Shown here: in pieces, positions 1-9,040 of the stretch
How the letters are laid out: every line of letters begins with the position of its first letter
Position numbering within the stretch: the first letter of the stretch is position 1
Origin: Candidatus Fermentibacterota bacterium
GTDB taxonomy: Bacteria; Fermentibacterota; Fermentibacteria; Fermentibacterales; JCC-6
NCBI GenBank assembly: GCA_963845085.1
Contig: CAWJQI010000001.1
Coordinates: forward strand, 256,001-320,000
Direction: 5' to 3'
DNA length: 64,000 nt
Notes under the pieces: model-generated
Database searches by the model: none
Told to the model about the DNA's origin: nothing
What the model saw: the letters and a program-made list of their open reading frames with translations, nothing else
Made by a program: the position numbers and the translations under genes

Positions 1-2
1 AA

Positions 3-1142
3 GCTCTCCGATGCTCCCTCGACGATGAGAATGCTGAAGGTGCTGCCGGAAAAACCGAGCATCGACTGGAGAAGAGCGCTCATGTTGTCGGCCCAGAGTG
101 AATCCAGGGCGGTTTCGTCGTCTCCGATCCCGGTCTGGACAAGAAGCCTGCTTCTTCCGTCGGAAAGGTATGATGAGTGGTACCCGCCCATGAATACGGG
201 AACCACTCCCCTCACGAGGCCCGATCCTGTGGAGAATCTTGAAACGCTTCCACCGTGCTCGGAGGACATCAGTGGAAGGGGCGCGAATATCTGCATGCCC
301 GTCGGGACCGTGACTTCAATGTCGAACCTGTTCGGTTGCTCTCCCACGGGGATGAAACTGCCTCCCAGAAGAGCCGAATTCATCCGGCTCCGGCCGAGCA
401 GTTCGCCGGTGGAGGGATCGGTTGAATACCAGTTCCTCGTGAAAACGCCGGAAAAGACCCCTTTGAACCCGCCGGACGACAGGCTGTCGGAGGTGCAGAG
501 CCACCTTCCGGCGGAGATCTGCGTCACAACGCCCTCGACCGCTTCAAGCGTTCCGGGTACTTCCCGGTTGACACTGAGGACGATGCTGTTGTTGCCGGAG
601 AACGACAGCGAGTCAACCACAATGAGGGAGGATTCGGCCACGGCCGGAGAGAAGCGAATGCTGACGGAGTGGGTGACAACGAGCGGAGCCTCCCTGGGGC
701 TGTCATCCCTTTGCCTGTCAATGGAGTCAGCAGTGACATCCGAGAGCATGACCGTGCGGAGACCGTGCCACCGCCTGAGATGGCTTCGCGACAGAATCGA
801 TCTCAGTATGGGAACCCGGCTCACGTCACCGGCGGTTCCGGTCAGAACGAGAACCGATCCGCCGCCCAGCGGGAAATACCTCGACCAGACCAGTGAATCT
901 CCGCTCTGGACCGCTTCGGTCGAGAACGGCCGGTACACCTCCCTCTGGATGTCAAGATCGAACACTCCAACGGCTGACGGATCGCTTCCCTCGGGAAAGG
1001 GCACAAGAACCGTGTCACCCGTAAGTGTAAGCGTTAAATACCGTTCCGACCCGAACGGGTCGGTCGGCGGTTCCGCGTCATCCACGCACCCAAGGGCCAG
1101 CAGAAGAGCAGGCACAAGGGCTGCAACAGGCTTTCCGAACAT
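3..1142 (-). CDS. Putative lipoprotein, truncated by the window edge (possibly an M1-aminopeptidase-like N-terminal region)
   Basis: Not in the ORF track. Manual translation gives an open frame MFGKPVAALVPALLLALGCVDD... with a lipobox running off the left edge. Alternative ATG at 1148. Confidence 0.7.
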   Translation of the reverse strand, partial: MFGKPVAALVPALLLALGCVDDAEPPTDPFGSERYLTLTLTGDTVLVPFPEGSDPSAVGVFDLDIQREVYRPFSTEAVQSGDSLVWSRYFPLGGGSVLVLTGTAGDVSRVPILRSILSRSHLRRWHGLRTVMLSDVTADSIDRQRDDSPREAPLVVTHSVSIRFSPAVAESSLIVVDSLSFSGNNSIVLSVNREVPGTLEAVEGVVTQISAGRWLCTSDSLSSGGFKGVFSGVFTRNWYSTDPSTGELLGRSRMNSALLGGSFIPVGEQPNRFDIEVTVPTGMQIFAPLPLMSSEHGGSVSRFSTGSGLVRGVVPVFMGGYHSSYLSDGRSRLLVQTGIGDDETALDSLWADNMSALLQSMLGFSGSTFSILIVEGASES

Positions 1143-1148
1143 GAACAT

Positions 1149-1177
1149 AGTGTATCACGAAAGCGTTCCACGCGCAA
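1149..1177 (-). promoter_or_regulatory. Sigma70-type promoter
   Basis: TTGCGC-17nt-TACACT with TG upstream of the -10 box; ATG at 1142 lies 6 nt downstream. Confidence 0.5.
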
Positions 1178-1239
1178 GTCTGGACAGTGGGGGATGCCTT
1201 TGCGTAGGTTCAGTTGTCAGATCAATACCGGAGGTATCA

Positions 1240-1938
1240 ATGCTTCAATCCCTGATGATGCTTGTCCATAACGCTGCCCCGCAACCCGGCGCACTCACCG
1301 CGCTTTTCTGGTCCGGCGCTGCGGCGGCGAGCTTTCTTGTCATCCAGTTCGCCGGGGCGAGGTATTACGCGTTCAGCCAGTCCCGCAATCCCCGTACTCC
1401 CATAACTTTCCTCGTCATTCTCGGCGCGCTGGGGGTGGCTGGAACGGTTGTTTTCAGCCTGATCCACGACCTTGATCTGCAGCTCTTTCTGGGCATGACC
1501 TGCGGCGCCTTCCTCTGGACGGCGCTGGGCGAGATCCCCGAGGAGAGCGGATGGTACTCCTATTCCAGCAGGCGGTCTCTTCTTGCATTCCTGTGCTTCT
1601 TCGCGGCCTGGCTGCTCATCGGGTTCATCTTCACGGGTGTTCCCATGGCGATCACCGGGTGCATCGCCTACATCGCCTGGGTCTGGGGGCTCCAGCAGGC
1701 AAGAACAAGGGTGATCAGCAGGTGGGGGGCCGTTTCACTGGCCACGACGCTGCTGATCATAGCTCTGGGCATGCTCGCGGGCGGTGCAGTGGTTCTCGGT
1801 GCAATGTTCGGAACTGCATTCAGCGGAACAAGCGCCGGCCTTGCCTTTGCGGTCACGGGGTGGTCGATCCTTGAGATCATCTGGGAACAGGAGATGGCGC
1901 ACGGTCCCTGGAAGCCGAAGAATCAAAAGACCATGTAG
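1240..1938 (+). CDS. Multi-pass membrane protein of unknown function
   Basis: GGAGG Shine-Dalgarno before ATG 1240; about 7 hydrophobic segments. The upstream part of ORF 25..1938 is an antisense shadow. Confidence 0.75.
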   Translation: MLQSLMMLVHNAAPQPGALTALFWSGAAAASFLVIQFAGARYYAFSQSRNPRTPITFLVILGALGVAGTVVFSLIHDLDLQLFLGMTCGAFLWTALGEIPEESGWYSYSSRRSLLAFLCFFAAWLLIGFIFTGVPMAITGCIAYIAWVWGLQQARTRVISRWGAVSLATTLLIIALGMLAGGAVVLGAMFGTAFSGTSAGLAFAVTGWSILEIIWEQEMAHGPWKPKNQKTM

Positions 1939-3218
1939 AAAATCCCCAGCCTTCCGCTGAACGCCCCGGGGTTCACCTCGGCGTAGTGCAGTTCGCCCGG
2001 AAGTGCGTCACGGTTGTAGCCGCGCCAGTCCTGAACGGACCAGCTGTCCGCACCGGATGAGATCCCCGCGGTCACCCCGCCCTGGATGCCGGCATGTGCG
2101 CTGAACAGCCATTCCAGCCCTGCGGTTGCCGAACCGGAGAAGACGACCGTGTTCGCCGACGCCGACACTGTGTCGGCCCTTGTGTCCTGGATCATGAAGT
2201 CGGTTTCGACGCCCGCCTCGAGCCTCAGAGCGAGCGCCGGGGACTGGAGCGGGATCCTTGCCCCCACGCTTCCCCGCACACCTATGGTGCTCATTCTTGG
2301 GAGAACACCGCTTACGAGGGCCCCTCCGAAGGCGAGCCCCCAGCGGGAGGTCCAGCCGCCCAGCTCCACCTGGTTCATCAGCCTGCTGTCTTCGGCGTCC
2401 TCGCCGGAGAGGCCGTCACCGGGGACTATCTCGACGGGAATTGCAGCGTACTGCAGAAATACGTTCGCAGGCGCGGAACTTTCGATGGCGGTCACGGAAG
2501 CACCTGGAACGAGCCGGCCCGTGATGAGCCTGCCCGCGCTGCCGGATGCCCGGACACTGGTTATCTGGATTATACCGCGGCTGCGAAGCCCCTCGTACTC
2601 GGCCCTGGACTGGGGGATTCCTTCCGATCTTGCAACGAGGGAGAAGATCATGCCCTTGTGTATCCCGGCATCGCTGCCGGCGGGCAATTCGAAAACGGGC
2701 CCCTCTCCCACATCGAAGGTGAGTTCAAGGGCGAAGATCTCCAGCATGCTTCTTGCAACAATTACCTCGAGCCCCCGGAGCGCAAGTTCCTGCTGGGACT
2801 GGTTGACGCCCTCGCCGCGCACGGTTTCCCTTATCGTTCCTATCAGGGTGGCCTCGGATGAGTAGAACCGTGCGGCGACCTCGACCAGGGTGGATCTTCT
2901 GGTGACCAGCGAATCGGACATCGGCAGGAAACCCGAATCATAGTCCGGGGCCATTACATCAAGCACCATGAAGGCGTCGACGCCGGACGAGGCCGCCATC
3001 TCCCTGAGCCTGTACGAAAGCGTTTCAGCATCGCCCGTATAACCTGGAAGCGCCGAGAGATCAACGTACCGGAACCTGCCCGAGGCTTCGTAGAGTTGCC
3101 CGGCCGCATCGACGAAAGCCCGGGCGTCGTACTGCCCGGGGGTGAAGAGCGTTATCACGCCGATGGAAGGCTGGCTCTCAACCGGCATGGCGGAAAGCAT
3201 GATTAGGCAGAGTAACAT
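1923..3218 (-). CDS. Exported protein with a probable C-terminal outer-membrane beta-barrel
   Basis: Signal-like MLLCLIMLSA; FlgT-C-like middle region (AGSDAGIHKGMIF...GIIQITSV); amphipathic strands ending in FYMVF. Alternative start 3239. Confidence 0.65.
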   Translation of the reverse strand: MLLCLIMLSAMPVESQPSIGVITLFTPGQYDARAFVDAAGQLYEASGRFRYVDLSALPGYTGDAETLSYRLREMAASSGVDAFMVLDVMAPDYDSGFLPMSDSLVTRRSTLVEVAARFYSSEATLIGTIRETVRGEGVNQSQQELALRGLEVIVARSMLEIFALELTFDVGEGPVFELPAGSDAGIHKGMIFSLVARSEGIPQSRAEYEGLRSRGIIQITSVRASGSAGRLITGRLVPGASVTAIESSAPANVFLQYAAIPVEIVPGDGLSGEDAEDSRLMNQVELGGWTSRWGLAFGGALVSGVLPRMSTIGVRGSVGARIPLQSPALALRLEAGVETDFMIQDTRADTVSASANTVVFSGSATAGLEWLFSAHAGIQGGVTAGISSGADSWSVQDWRGYNRDALPGELHYAEVNPGAFSGRLGIFYMVF

Positions 3219-3288
3219 GGGTCGTCCTTCCTGTTGCATCCCCCCGCAGCATGGAATGTAACAGGCGTCACGACTGTTGGAAAGGGGT

Positions 3289-4377
3289 TCAGCGTGGAAT
3301 GACCCTTACGGTGAGGGGCACGCGGGCGGGATCGGTAACGCCGAGGAAGGCCCTCGGGATTCCCTCCTGCATGATCGTATACCCGGCCGGGTCGATGAAG
3401 AAGACCCCCGGAAGCAGGCCGTGCTCGCAGAAAAGGCTGTCGACGAAGGCGGAAAGCTCATCCCACGGCGTGACCAGGGCTCCATCGGGTCGTTCGCAGA
3501 CCAGGGAGAAAGCCTTCGACTCGGCACGATCACGGGTGCCTTCGGCAGCGTACTCGGCAGCATAACAGGCCGTGTAGCCACCTCCGCCGGCGCCTGCACC
3601 GGAACCGGTCGACTGTGCATCGAGGGGAGCAACCGAACCTCCCACCGCGACGGTGGACTCGGCGGGGGAAGGGCTCTGTTCAGTCGCATCATCCCCGATC
3701 TCCCCGCAGGCCTGTTCAAGCATATCGGAATCCTGCGATGCCTGGGCCGGCATGGTTTGTGAAGAGGCCTCCGACTGCATCATCATCTCCTGCTGCTCCT
3801 CCTCCTCCCCGCTCTCGAAAAGCCCGGCCCTCCCTTCGCCCGAAAAGCCTGAGGGCGCGTCCTCCGACGAAGTTGAGGAGAGCGAAAGACAGACATCCAT
3901 CCCTGTCGTTTCGGTTTCGGCCAAAGGCATGGCTTCGGAGGATTCTTCCCCCTGGTCGGTGTCGGCTTCCCCGACAGGCACGGAAACCGAATCTGCAACA
4001 GAGAGGTCTGAACGGGCCGCATCAGGAATGGCTGACTCGTTCTGAATTACCTGTTCAAGGCCGGGTTGGCCCTGGCCGGGGAAAACCCTCATGCCGAGGA
4101 AAACTGCGGCCACACCTGCGGCGATGCCGATGAGCCACCCCGGCACGGTGCGCCCGGCCGGTTTTCCCAGCGGGATGTTCTTCCTCATCGCAGCGAAGCG
4201 GAAATCGGGCGGGTCCTGCCACGAATCCCTCCAGCTCTTCTCAAGAGCAGCCTGTGTTTTCAAAAAGGAGGTGCAGCGGTCGCATCCCGAAACATGCCCC
4301 GCGATCTCCGCCCTTTCCTCCGGGCTGAGCTCGCCGTCCATGAAGGCCATAAGCGACAGCGCGTCGGGGCAGTTCAT
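3289..4377 (-). CDS. zf-HC2 (ZAS) anti-sigma factor
   Basis: MNC...FMDGEL...HVSGCDRC motif, one TM helix and an acidic extracytoplasmic region; ATGA overlap with the ECF sigma gene. Confidence 0.85.
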   Translation of the reverse strand: MNCPDALSLMAFMDGELSPEERAEIAGHVSGCDRCTSFLKTQAALEKSWRDSWQDPPDFRFAAMRKNIPLGKPAGRTVPGWLIGIAAGVAAVFLGMRVFPGQGQPGLEQVIQNESAIPDAARSDLSVADSVSVPVGEADTDQGEESSEAMPLAETETTGMDVCLSLSSTSSEDAPSGFSGEGRAGLFESGEEEEQQEMMMQSEASSQTMPAQASQDSDMLEQACGEIGDDATEQSPSPAESTVAVGGSVAPLDAQSTGSGAGAGGGGYTACYAAEYAAEGTRDRAESKAFSLVCERPDGALVTPWDELSAFVDSLFCEHGLLPGVFFIDPAGYTIMQEGIPRAFLGVTDPARVPLTVRVIPR

Positions 4378-4970
4378 GACTCACCCCCGATTTCCGCGGC
4401 AACAACGGCACGCACCTGGTTCCTGGCCCTGTTCAGCCGGGACATGACCGTTCCGACAGCAATGCCGAGCGTTTGTGCTATCTCGGTGTAGCTCAGCTCC
4501 TGGTCCACTCTCAGAACGAAGACCGTTCTGAGCGGGTCCGACAGCGATTCAACGGCCCTGCCGACCGCCAGGGCGAGCTCCCCGGCCGCGGCATTGAGCG
4601 GTGCCTGGTCAAGCGTGACGGTCTGGCCCTGATAGCCATGCTCGTCCTGGTACTCGACCTCGGCCCTGCGGCCTGTTTTCCTGTGGAAGTTGATCGCCAC
4701 GTTGGTGACGATCCTGTAGATCCAGGTGAAGAACCTGAAATCCGGATCGAAGCTTCCCATGGCATTCATGGCCCTGATGAACGATTCCTGGGTGATGTCC
4801 CAGGCGTCGTCATCGGATCCGCAAAGCCTTCTTGCCACTCTGAACACCCTTTTCTGGTACTTCTCCACCAGCCGCCCGAAAGCCTCCCGGTCTCCCCCGA
4901 TGGCCTTCCCGAGAATGAGGGCCTCTTCCTCGTCCCCGAACACGGCTGCAAGTAGTACAAGAAAAAGCAT
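4374..4970 (-). CDS. ECF sigma-70 factor
   Basis: GDREAFGRLVEKYQ, DITQESF, FFTWIYRI and SYTEIAQTLGIAVGTVMSRLNRAR (regions 2 and 4). Start taken at ATG 4970. Confidence 0.92.
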   Translation of the reverse strand: MLFLVLLAAVFGDEEEALILGKAIGGDREAFGRLVEKYQKRVFRVARRLCGSDDDAWDITQESFIRAMNAMGSFDPDFRFFTWIYRIVTNVAINFHRKTGRRAEVEYQDEHGYQGQTVTLDQAPLNAAAGELALAVGRAVESLSDPLRTVFVLRVDQELSYTEIAQTLGIAVGTVMSRLNRARNQVRAVVAAEIGGES

Positions 4971-4981
4971 CAATTCATTCC

Positions 4982-5428
4982 CTAAATGCCGATCCCCACC
5001 ATGAGGGCAAGGCCGGCGTTCCTGTCGAAACCCTGGTTCTCCTCGTCGAAGCCGAAAAGCCATGCGTCGACATACGCATCGAGCATGCTTGCTACCCAGG
5101 CCCCCGCCGTGTACCAGATGAGGCTTCGGCAGCGGTCGCGGTGAAGCACGCGGGCATCGTCCCATGACGGGTCGCCCGTTTCAAGGAACATGTCACGGGC
5201 ATTCCCGGCCCTGTTGTTCTCGTAGAGCGTCCAGCCCAGCAACCCGGCCTGGAGGGCGCCGTATGCGACACCCTTGATCGGTTCGTCGTTATAGAACTGC
5301 CCCCAACCGGGAACCGCCGCGCTTCGGAGAAGTGCGCCGGTGGGGTTTCTGTGGGGAATGGGCACAACCGAGGTGCTGTCGGCGGACAGAATGGATACGA
5401 CCAGCACCGCAAGAACGGCCCACTTCAG
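4982..5428 (-). CDS. DUF5683-like membrane protein
   Basis: ALLRSAAVPGWGQFYN and SMLDAYVDA motifs. Start uncertain (GTG 5407 or CTG 5428). Confidence 0.75.
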   Translation of the reverse strand: MKWAVLAVLVVSILSADSTSVVPIPHRNPTGALLRSAAVPGWGQFYNDEPIKGVAYGALQAGLLGWTLYENNRAGNARDMFLETGDPSWDDARVLHRDRCRSLIWYTAGAWVASMLDAYVDAWLFGFDEENQGFDRNAGLALMVGIGI

Positions 5429-6186
5429 ACAATCACCCCCCGTTCGGAGTCGGACATGAACCTGGCCATCCGGTGGGCTGGGGATGAGGGAGGAAAATCG
5501 GCGAGCGCCCGCTCGACCTTGTCCCTCATCGAACCCGGGGAGCGGAAGAGGAACCTGAAGGCATCGCGGGCCTGGTCTATCTGATCGGGGAGCCAGCCGT
5601 GACGGCTCAGACCCAGCGCGTTTATACCGACCGCCCGCAGCGGCTCACCCCCGGCAAGCACGAACGGCGGCACGTCTTTGGGAACCCTGTAGCCCCCGCC
5701 GATCATGGCGAGCTCACCGATCCTTGAGAACTGGTGCACCGGGACGACTCCGCCAAGCACCGCGTTGTTTCCCACGCTCACATGGCCCGCGAGGTTGACG
5801 GCGTTCGCAAGGATTACCCCGTCGCCGATCCGGCAGTCGTGCGCGATGTGGACGTATGCCATTATGAAACAGTCCGCGCCGACGATGGTGCTGCCCGAAG
5901 CCCTGGTTCCGAGGTTGATGTTGGCAAGCTCCCTGATGACCGTGCGCGGTCCGACGAAAAGCGTTGTATCCTCGCCGCCGAACTTGAGGTCCTGCGGAGG
6001 CGTGCCGAGCACGGCTCCCGGCCCGACCTTGACCCCCTCGGAAAGCGTGGTGGCGCCTTCAATGACGGCATTGGCACCTATGGAAACGTTCTCACCGAGA
6101 ATGACTCTGGCGCCGACAACTGCCCCCGCACCGATCGAGACGGATTCGGGCACGCGGCATGAAACAACAGCTGAAGGGTGTATCAT
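5425..6186 (-). CDS. lpxA: UDP-N-acetylglucosamine O-acyltransferase
   Basis: IHPSAVV, PPQDLKF, HIAHDC and VHQFSRIG motifs; hexapeptide repeats. Confidence 0.95.
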   Translation of the reverse strand: MIHPSAVVSCRVPESVSIGAGAVVGARVILGENVSIGANAVIEGATTLSEGVKVGPGAVLGTPPQDLKFGGEDTTLFVGPRTVIRELANINLGTRASGSTIVGADCFIMAYVHIAHDCRIGDGVILANAVNLAGHVSVGNNAVLGGVVPVHQFSRIGELAMIGGGYRVPKDVPPFVLAGGEPLRAVGINALGLSRHGWLPDQIDQARDAFRFLFRSPGSMRDKVERALADFPPSSPAHRMARFMSDSERGVIV

Positions 6187-7505
6187 GTTCTCTCCACAAG
6201 CATGGCCGTAAGTTCCGCCTCTGCGGCGACCCTCTCCTCGACGAAGGCGACGCCCCGCATTCGGCAGAGCCTGCCCCTGCTGTTCAACATCTCCAGTTCA
6301 AACCTGACCTGGTCTCCTGGAAGGATGGGCTTCCTGAAGCGGACCTTGTCGATCCCGCCGAAGTAGACCAGCCATTTCGAGGGATCGTCGACATTGTCGA
6401 AAAGCATCAGCCCGCCGACCTGGGCCATCGCCTCGATGACGAGCACTCCCGGCATTATCGGGCTTCCGGGAAAGTGGCCCTGGAAGTAGGGTTCGTTGAT
6501 GGTAACGTTCTTGAGACCGACGATCCTCTTGCCCGGATCGATCTCGAGCACCTTGTCGACGAGCAGGAACGGGTAGCGGTGAGGCAGCAGCCTCATCACG
6601 TCCTGGATGTCCCACTTCCTGTCGGGGAGGTGTTTCTCGGCCTTGGACATGCTGCCCTTGTAAACGCTCTTGATCTTCTTGACGAACTGAACGTTGGAGG
6701 CATGGCCGCTCTTGGCGCTGATGACATGCCCCTCGAGGCGGAAACCCAGAAGGGACAGGTCGCCTATCAGGTCGAGCACCTTGTGCCTGACGAACTCGTC
6801 TGGGAAACGGAGGGGTTTGTCGTTCATGATGCCGTCATCGCCTATCACAACGGCATTGTCGAGCGTTCCGCCCTTGATGAGCCCCTTCTCCTGAAGGGCC
6901 TTCACGTCCCTGTAGAGGCAGAATGTCCTGGCGGGAGCGATCTCTTCCGTGAACGATTCCGGGGTGATGTCGAGGCTGAGATACTGGGTGCCGATCGCCT
7001 GAATGTCGTAATCAATCGTGAAGCTCACGCGAAGTCCGCTGTAGGGCACGACAGTGAGGGTCGCCCCGAAATACTCAAGGCTCACCGGCTCGGTGATCTT
7101 GAAAATCTTCCTGGGATGCCTGTTGAGCGTTGCCACCCCGGCGTTTTTGAGCATGGTGACGAACGAGCTCACTGAACCTCCCGCGGGCTCCGGGGGCTCG
7201 TCGGAATCAATCTCGATAATGGCGTTGTCTATCTCGAGGCCGTAAAGGGCGCTGAGAACGTGTTCAACGGTGTGAACCTCGAAGTAGTTCTCGCCCAGGG
7301 TCGTCCTTCGGGCCTGCTCCTCGATCATCCGTACATTTTCGACGCAGACCTTTATCATCGGCCTGCTCTCCACGTCGGTTCTCACGAAGACGAACCCGGT
7401 GTCCGGAGGGGCCGGCTTGAACGTGATGGTTGTTTCCTTGCCGAGATGAAGGCCTACGCCGGTGATGGAAACAACCTTGTCAAGAGTGGTCTGAAACCGG
7501 TTCAT
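6183..7505 (-). CDS. lpxC-fabZ: Bifunctional LpxC deacetylase / FabZ dehydratase
   Basis: TVEHVLSAL and [10 protein letters not shown] (LpxC); [11 protein letters not shown] and [12 protein letters not shown] (FabZ). Confidence 0.95.
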   Translation of the reverse strand: MNRFQTTLDKVVSITGVGLHLGKETTITFKPAPPDTGFVFVRTDVESRPMIKVCVENVRMIEEQARRTTLGENYFEVHTVEHVLSALYGLEIDNAIIEIDSDEPPEPAGGSVSSFVTMLKNAGVATLNRHPRKIFKITEPVSLEYFGATLTVVPYSGLRVSFTIDYDIQAIGTQYLSLDITPESFTEEIAPARTFCLYRDVKALQEKGLIKGGTLDNAVVIGDDGIMNDKPLRFPDEFVRHKVLDLIGDLSLLGFRLEGHVISAKSGHASNVQFVKKIKSVYKGSMSKAEKHLPDRKWDIQDVMRLLPHRYPFLLVDKVLEIDPGKRIVGLKNVTINEPYFQGHFPGSPIMPGVLVIEAMAQVGGLMLFDNVDDPSKWLVYFGGIDKVRFRKPILPGDQVRFELEMLNSRGRLCRMRGVAFVEERVAAEAELTAMLVERT

Positions 7506-7508
7506 CGA

Positions 7509-8534
7509 TCAACCCCGTTCTTCCTTCTCTTTGGACAGAACATCGAGAAGCTCGGGCAGTCTCGACGCTGCTGCCATTACTTTCATGTTGCTGGCATGAT
7601 CCCGGGCGGGGATTCCGCTCATCACCGCACGCGGCCTGACGTCCTTCGTAATCCCGCTTTTAGCGGTGAGAACTGCTCCGCGCGCGATCCTTATATGCCC
7701 ACCGATGCCGACCTGCCCGCCGCAGGTGACCATGTCCTCGAGTACTGTGCTGCCTGCAATTCCTGTCTGGGCCGCAATGAAACAGCCCGCTCCGATTCTG
7801 ACATTATGCGCGACCTGAACGAGGTTGTCGAGCTTGCTGTGCGCACCGACAACGGTACTGCCCACCACGGCCCTGTCTATCGTTGTTCCGGCGCCTATCT
7901 CCACGTCGTCACCTATTACGACGTTGCCGTTCTGGGGGATCTTCAGGTGCCTGCCTTCAGGGTCGGGAACAAAACCGAAACCGTCGCTGCCTATCACCGC
8001 TCCGGAATGGATTATCACCCGGTCGCCCACAACGCACCCGGCGAGGATCGAGACAAGGGGATGGATCAGGCATCCCTCCCCCACGCGGGCCATGGGGCCC
8101 AGAACGCTTGAGGCCCCGATCACGGTACCGCTTCCGATCCGTACGTCCCTGTCGATGACGGCGTTGGGGCCGATCCGGACGTCACGCCCGAGAACCGCTG
8201 TCGGGTGGACGACCGCTGATGTGTGAACGCCCGCGAAACCGCTGACCCGATCAGGCCTGAATTCCATCAATGCATTGCGGAACGCGAGGTATGGGCTCTT
8301 GACGATGAGCTGGTTCGGCGCGGAGGTTTTAAGCAGAGCCCCGGCGATCACCGCAAGCGCCTTCGTTGACATCAGATACCTTGCATACCTTGGATTGCCG
8401 AAATAACAGACCTGGGTTTCATCGGCATCCTCGAGCGTGCTGACACCGGAAACAACGGCATTGCCGCCCTCTCCGAGCAGCCTGGCATCGAGCATCCCGG
8501 CCAGTTCGGCCAGCGTTATCTCAGCGCCGACCAC
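7509..8534 (-). CDS. lpxD: UDP-3-O-acylglucosamine N-acyltransferase
   Basis: [22 protein letters not shown] and [12 protein letters not shown] motifs. Confidence 0.95.
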   Translation of the reverse strand: MVGAEITLAELAGMLDARLLGEGGNAVVSGVSTLEDADETQVCYFGNPRYARYLMSTKALAVIAGALLKTSAPNQLIVKSPYLAFRNALMEFRPDRVSGFAGVHTSAVVHPTAVLGRDVRIGPNAVIDRDVRIGSGTVIGASSVLGPMARVGEGCLIHPLVSILAGCVVGDRVIIHSGAVIGSDGFGFVPDPEGRHLKIPQNGNVVIGDDVEIGAGTTIDRAVVGSTVVGAHSKLDNLVQVAHNVRIGAGCFIAAQTGIAGSTVLEDMVTCGGQVGIGGHIRIARGAVLTAKSGITKDVRPRAVMSGIPARDHASNMKVMAAASRLPELLDVLSKEKEERG

Positions 8535-9027
8535 CGGACGCCACCCTGTCCATCACCAGGTCGGTTATATCCAGGGTCGGGTCGGCAAAAACCACCTGTC
8601 CGGCGGAAGAGTCAAATACGATCGAAAGCCCCTCTTCCGTGGCGATCTCCATCACGGCTTCGTTGATCGCGGCGACGATGGGCGCCACGAGCTGCTCGTT
8701 GCGCCTTTCCAGAAGGCCGCCCGGACCGAACACTTCCGTGAGAAATGTTTCCAGCCCCTCCTCCTTCTGCGCCAGAAGAGCCTCTCTCTCCATCCGCCGT
8801 TCCGGGCTCATGACGAGGGTGCGGTCAAGGTCAGCCCTTATCTCGTCAACCTCAAGCTGCAGCGAATCGGCGTACCCCTGCCAGTTCTCAAGCTCCTCTT
8901 CGAGAAGCTCCCTGGCATCCCTTACCGATCCGAGCGTTTCGAAAATCCTTTCGGAATCAACGACTGCAATGGTCTGTGAAAATGCAGCCACGCTCGAGAG
9001 CGCGATAAAGCAGAGCACGAATCTCAA
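8521..9027 (-). CDS. skp: OmpH/Skp periplasmic chaperone
   Basis: Signal peptide, [10 protein letters not shown], coiled coil and DITDLV; GGAGG before TTG 9027; lies between bamA and lpxD. Confidence 0.88.
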   Translation of the reverse strand: MRFVLCFIALSSVAAFSQTIAVVDSERIFETLGSVRDARELLEEELENWQGYADSLQLEVDEIRADLDRTLVMSPERRMEREALLAQKEEGLETFLTEVFGPGGLLERRNEQLVAPIVAAINEAVMEIATEEGLSIVFDSSAGQVVFADPTLDITDLVMDRVASGGRR

Positions 9028-9040
9028 AGCGACCTCCTGA

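Noticed and set aside
25..1239. N-terminal 405 aa of the 637-aa plus-strand ORF
   Set aside because: S/T/P-rich antisense shadow of the minus-strand lipoprotein; a clear Shine-Dalgarno and start lie at 1240.
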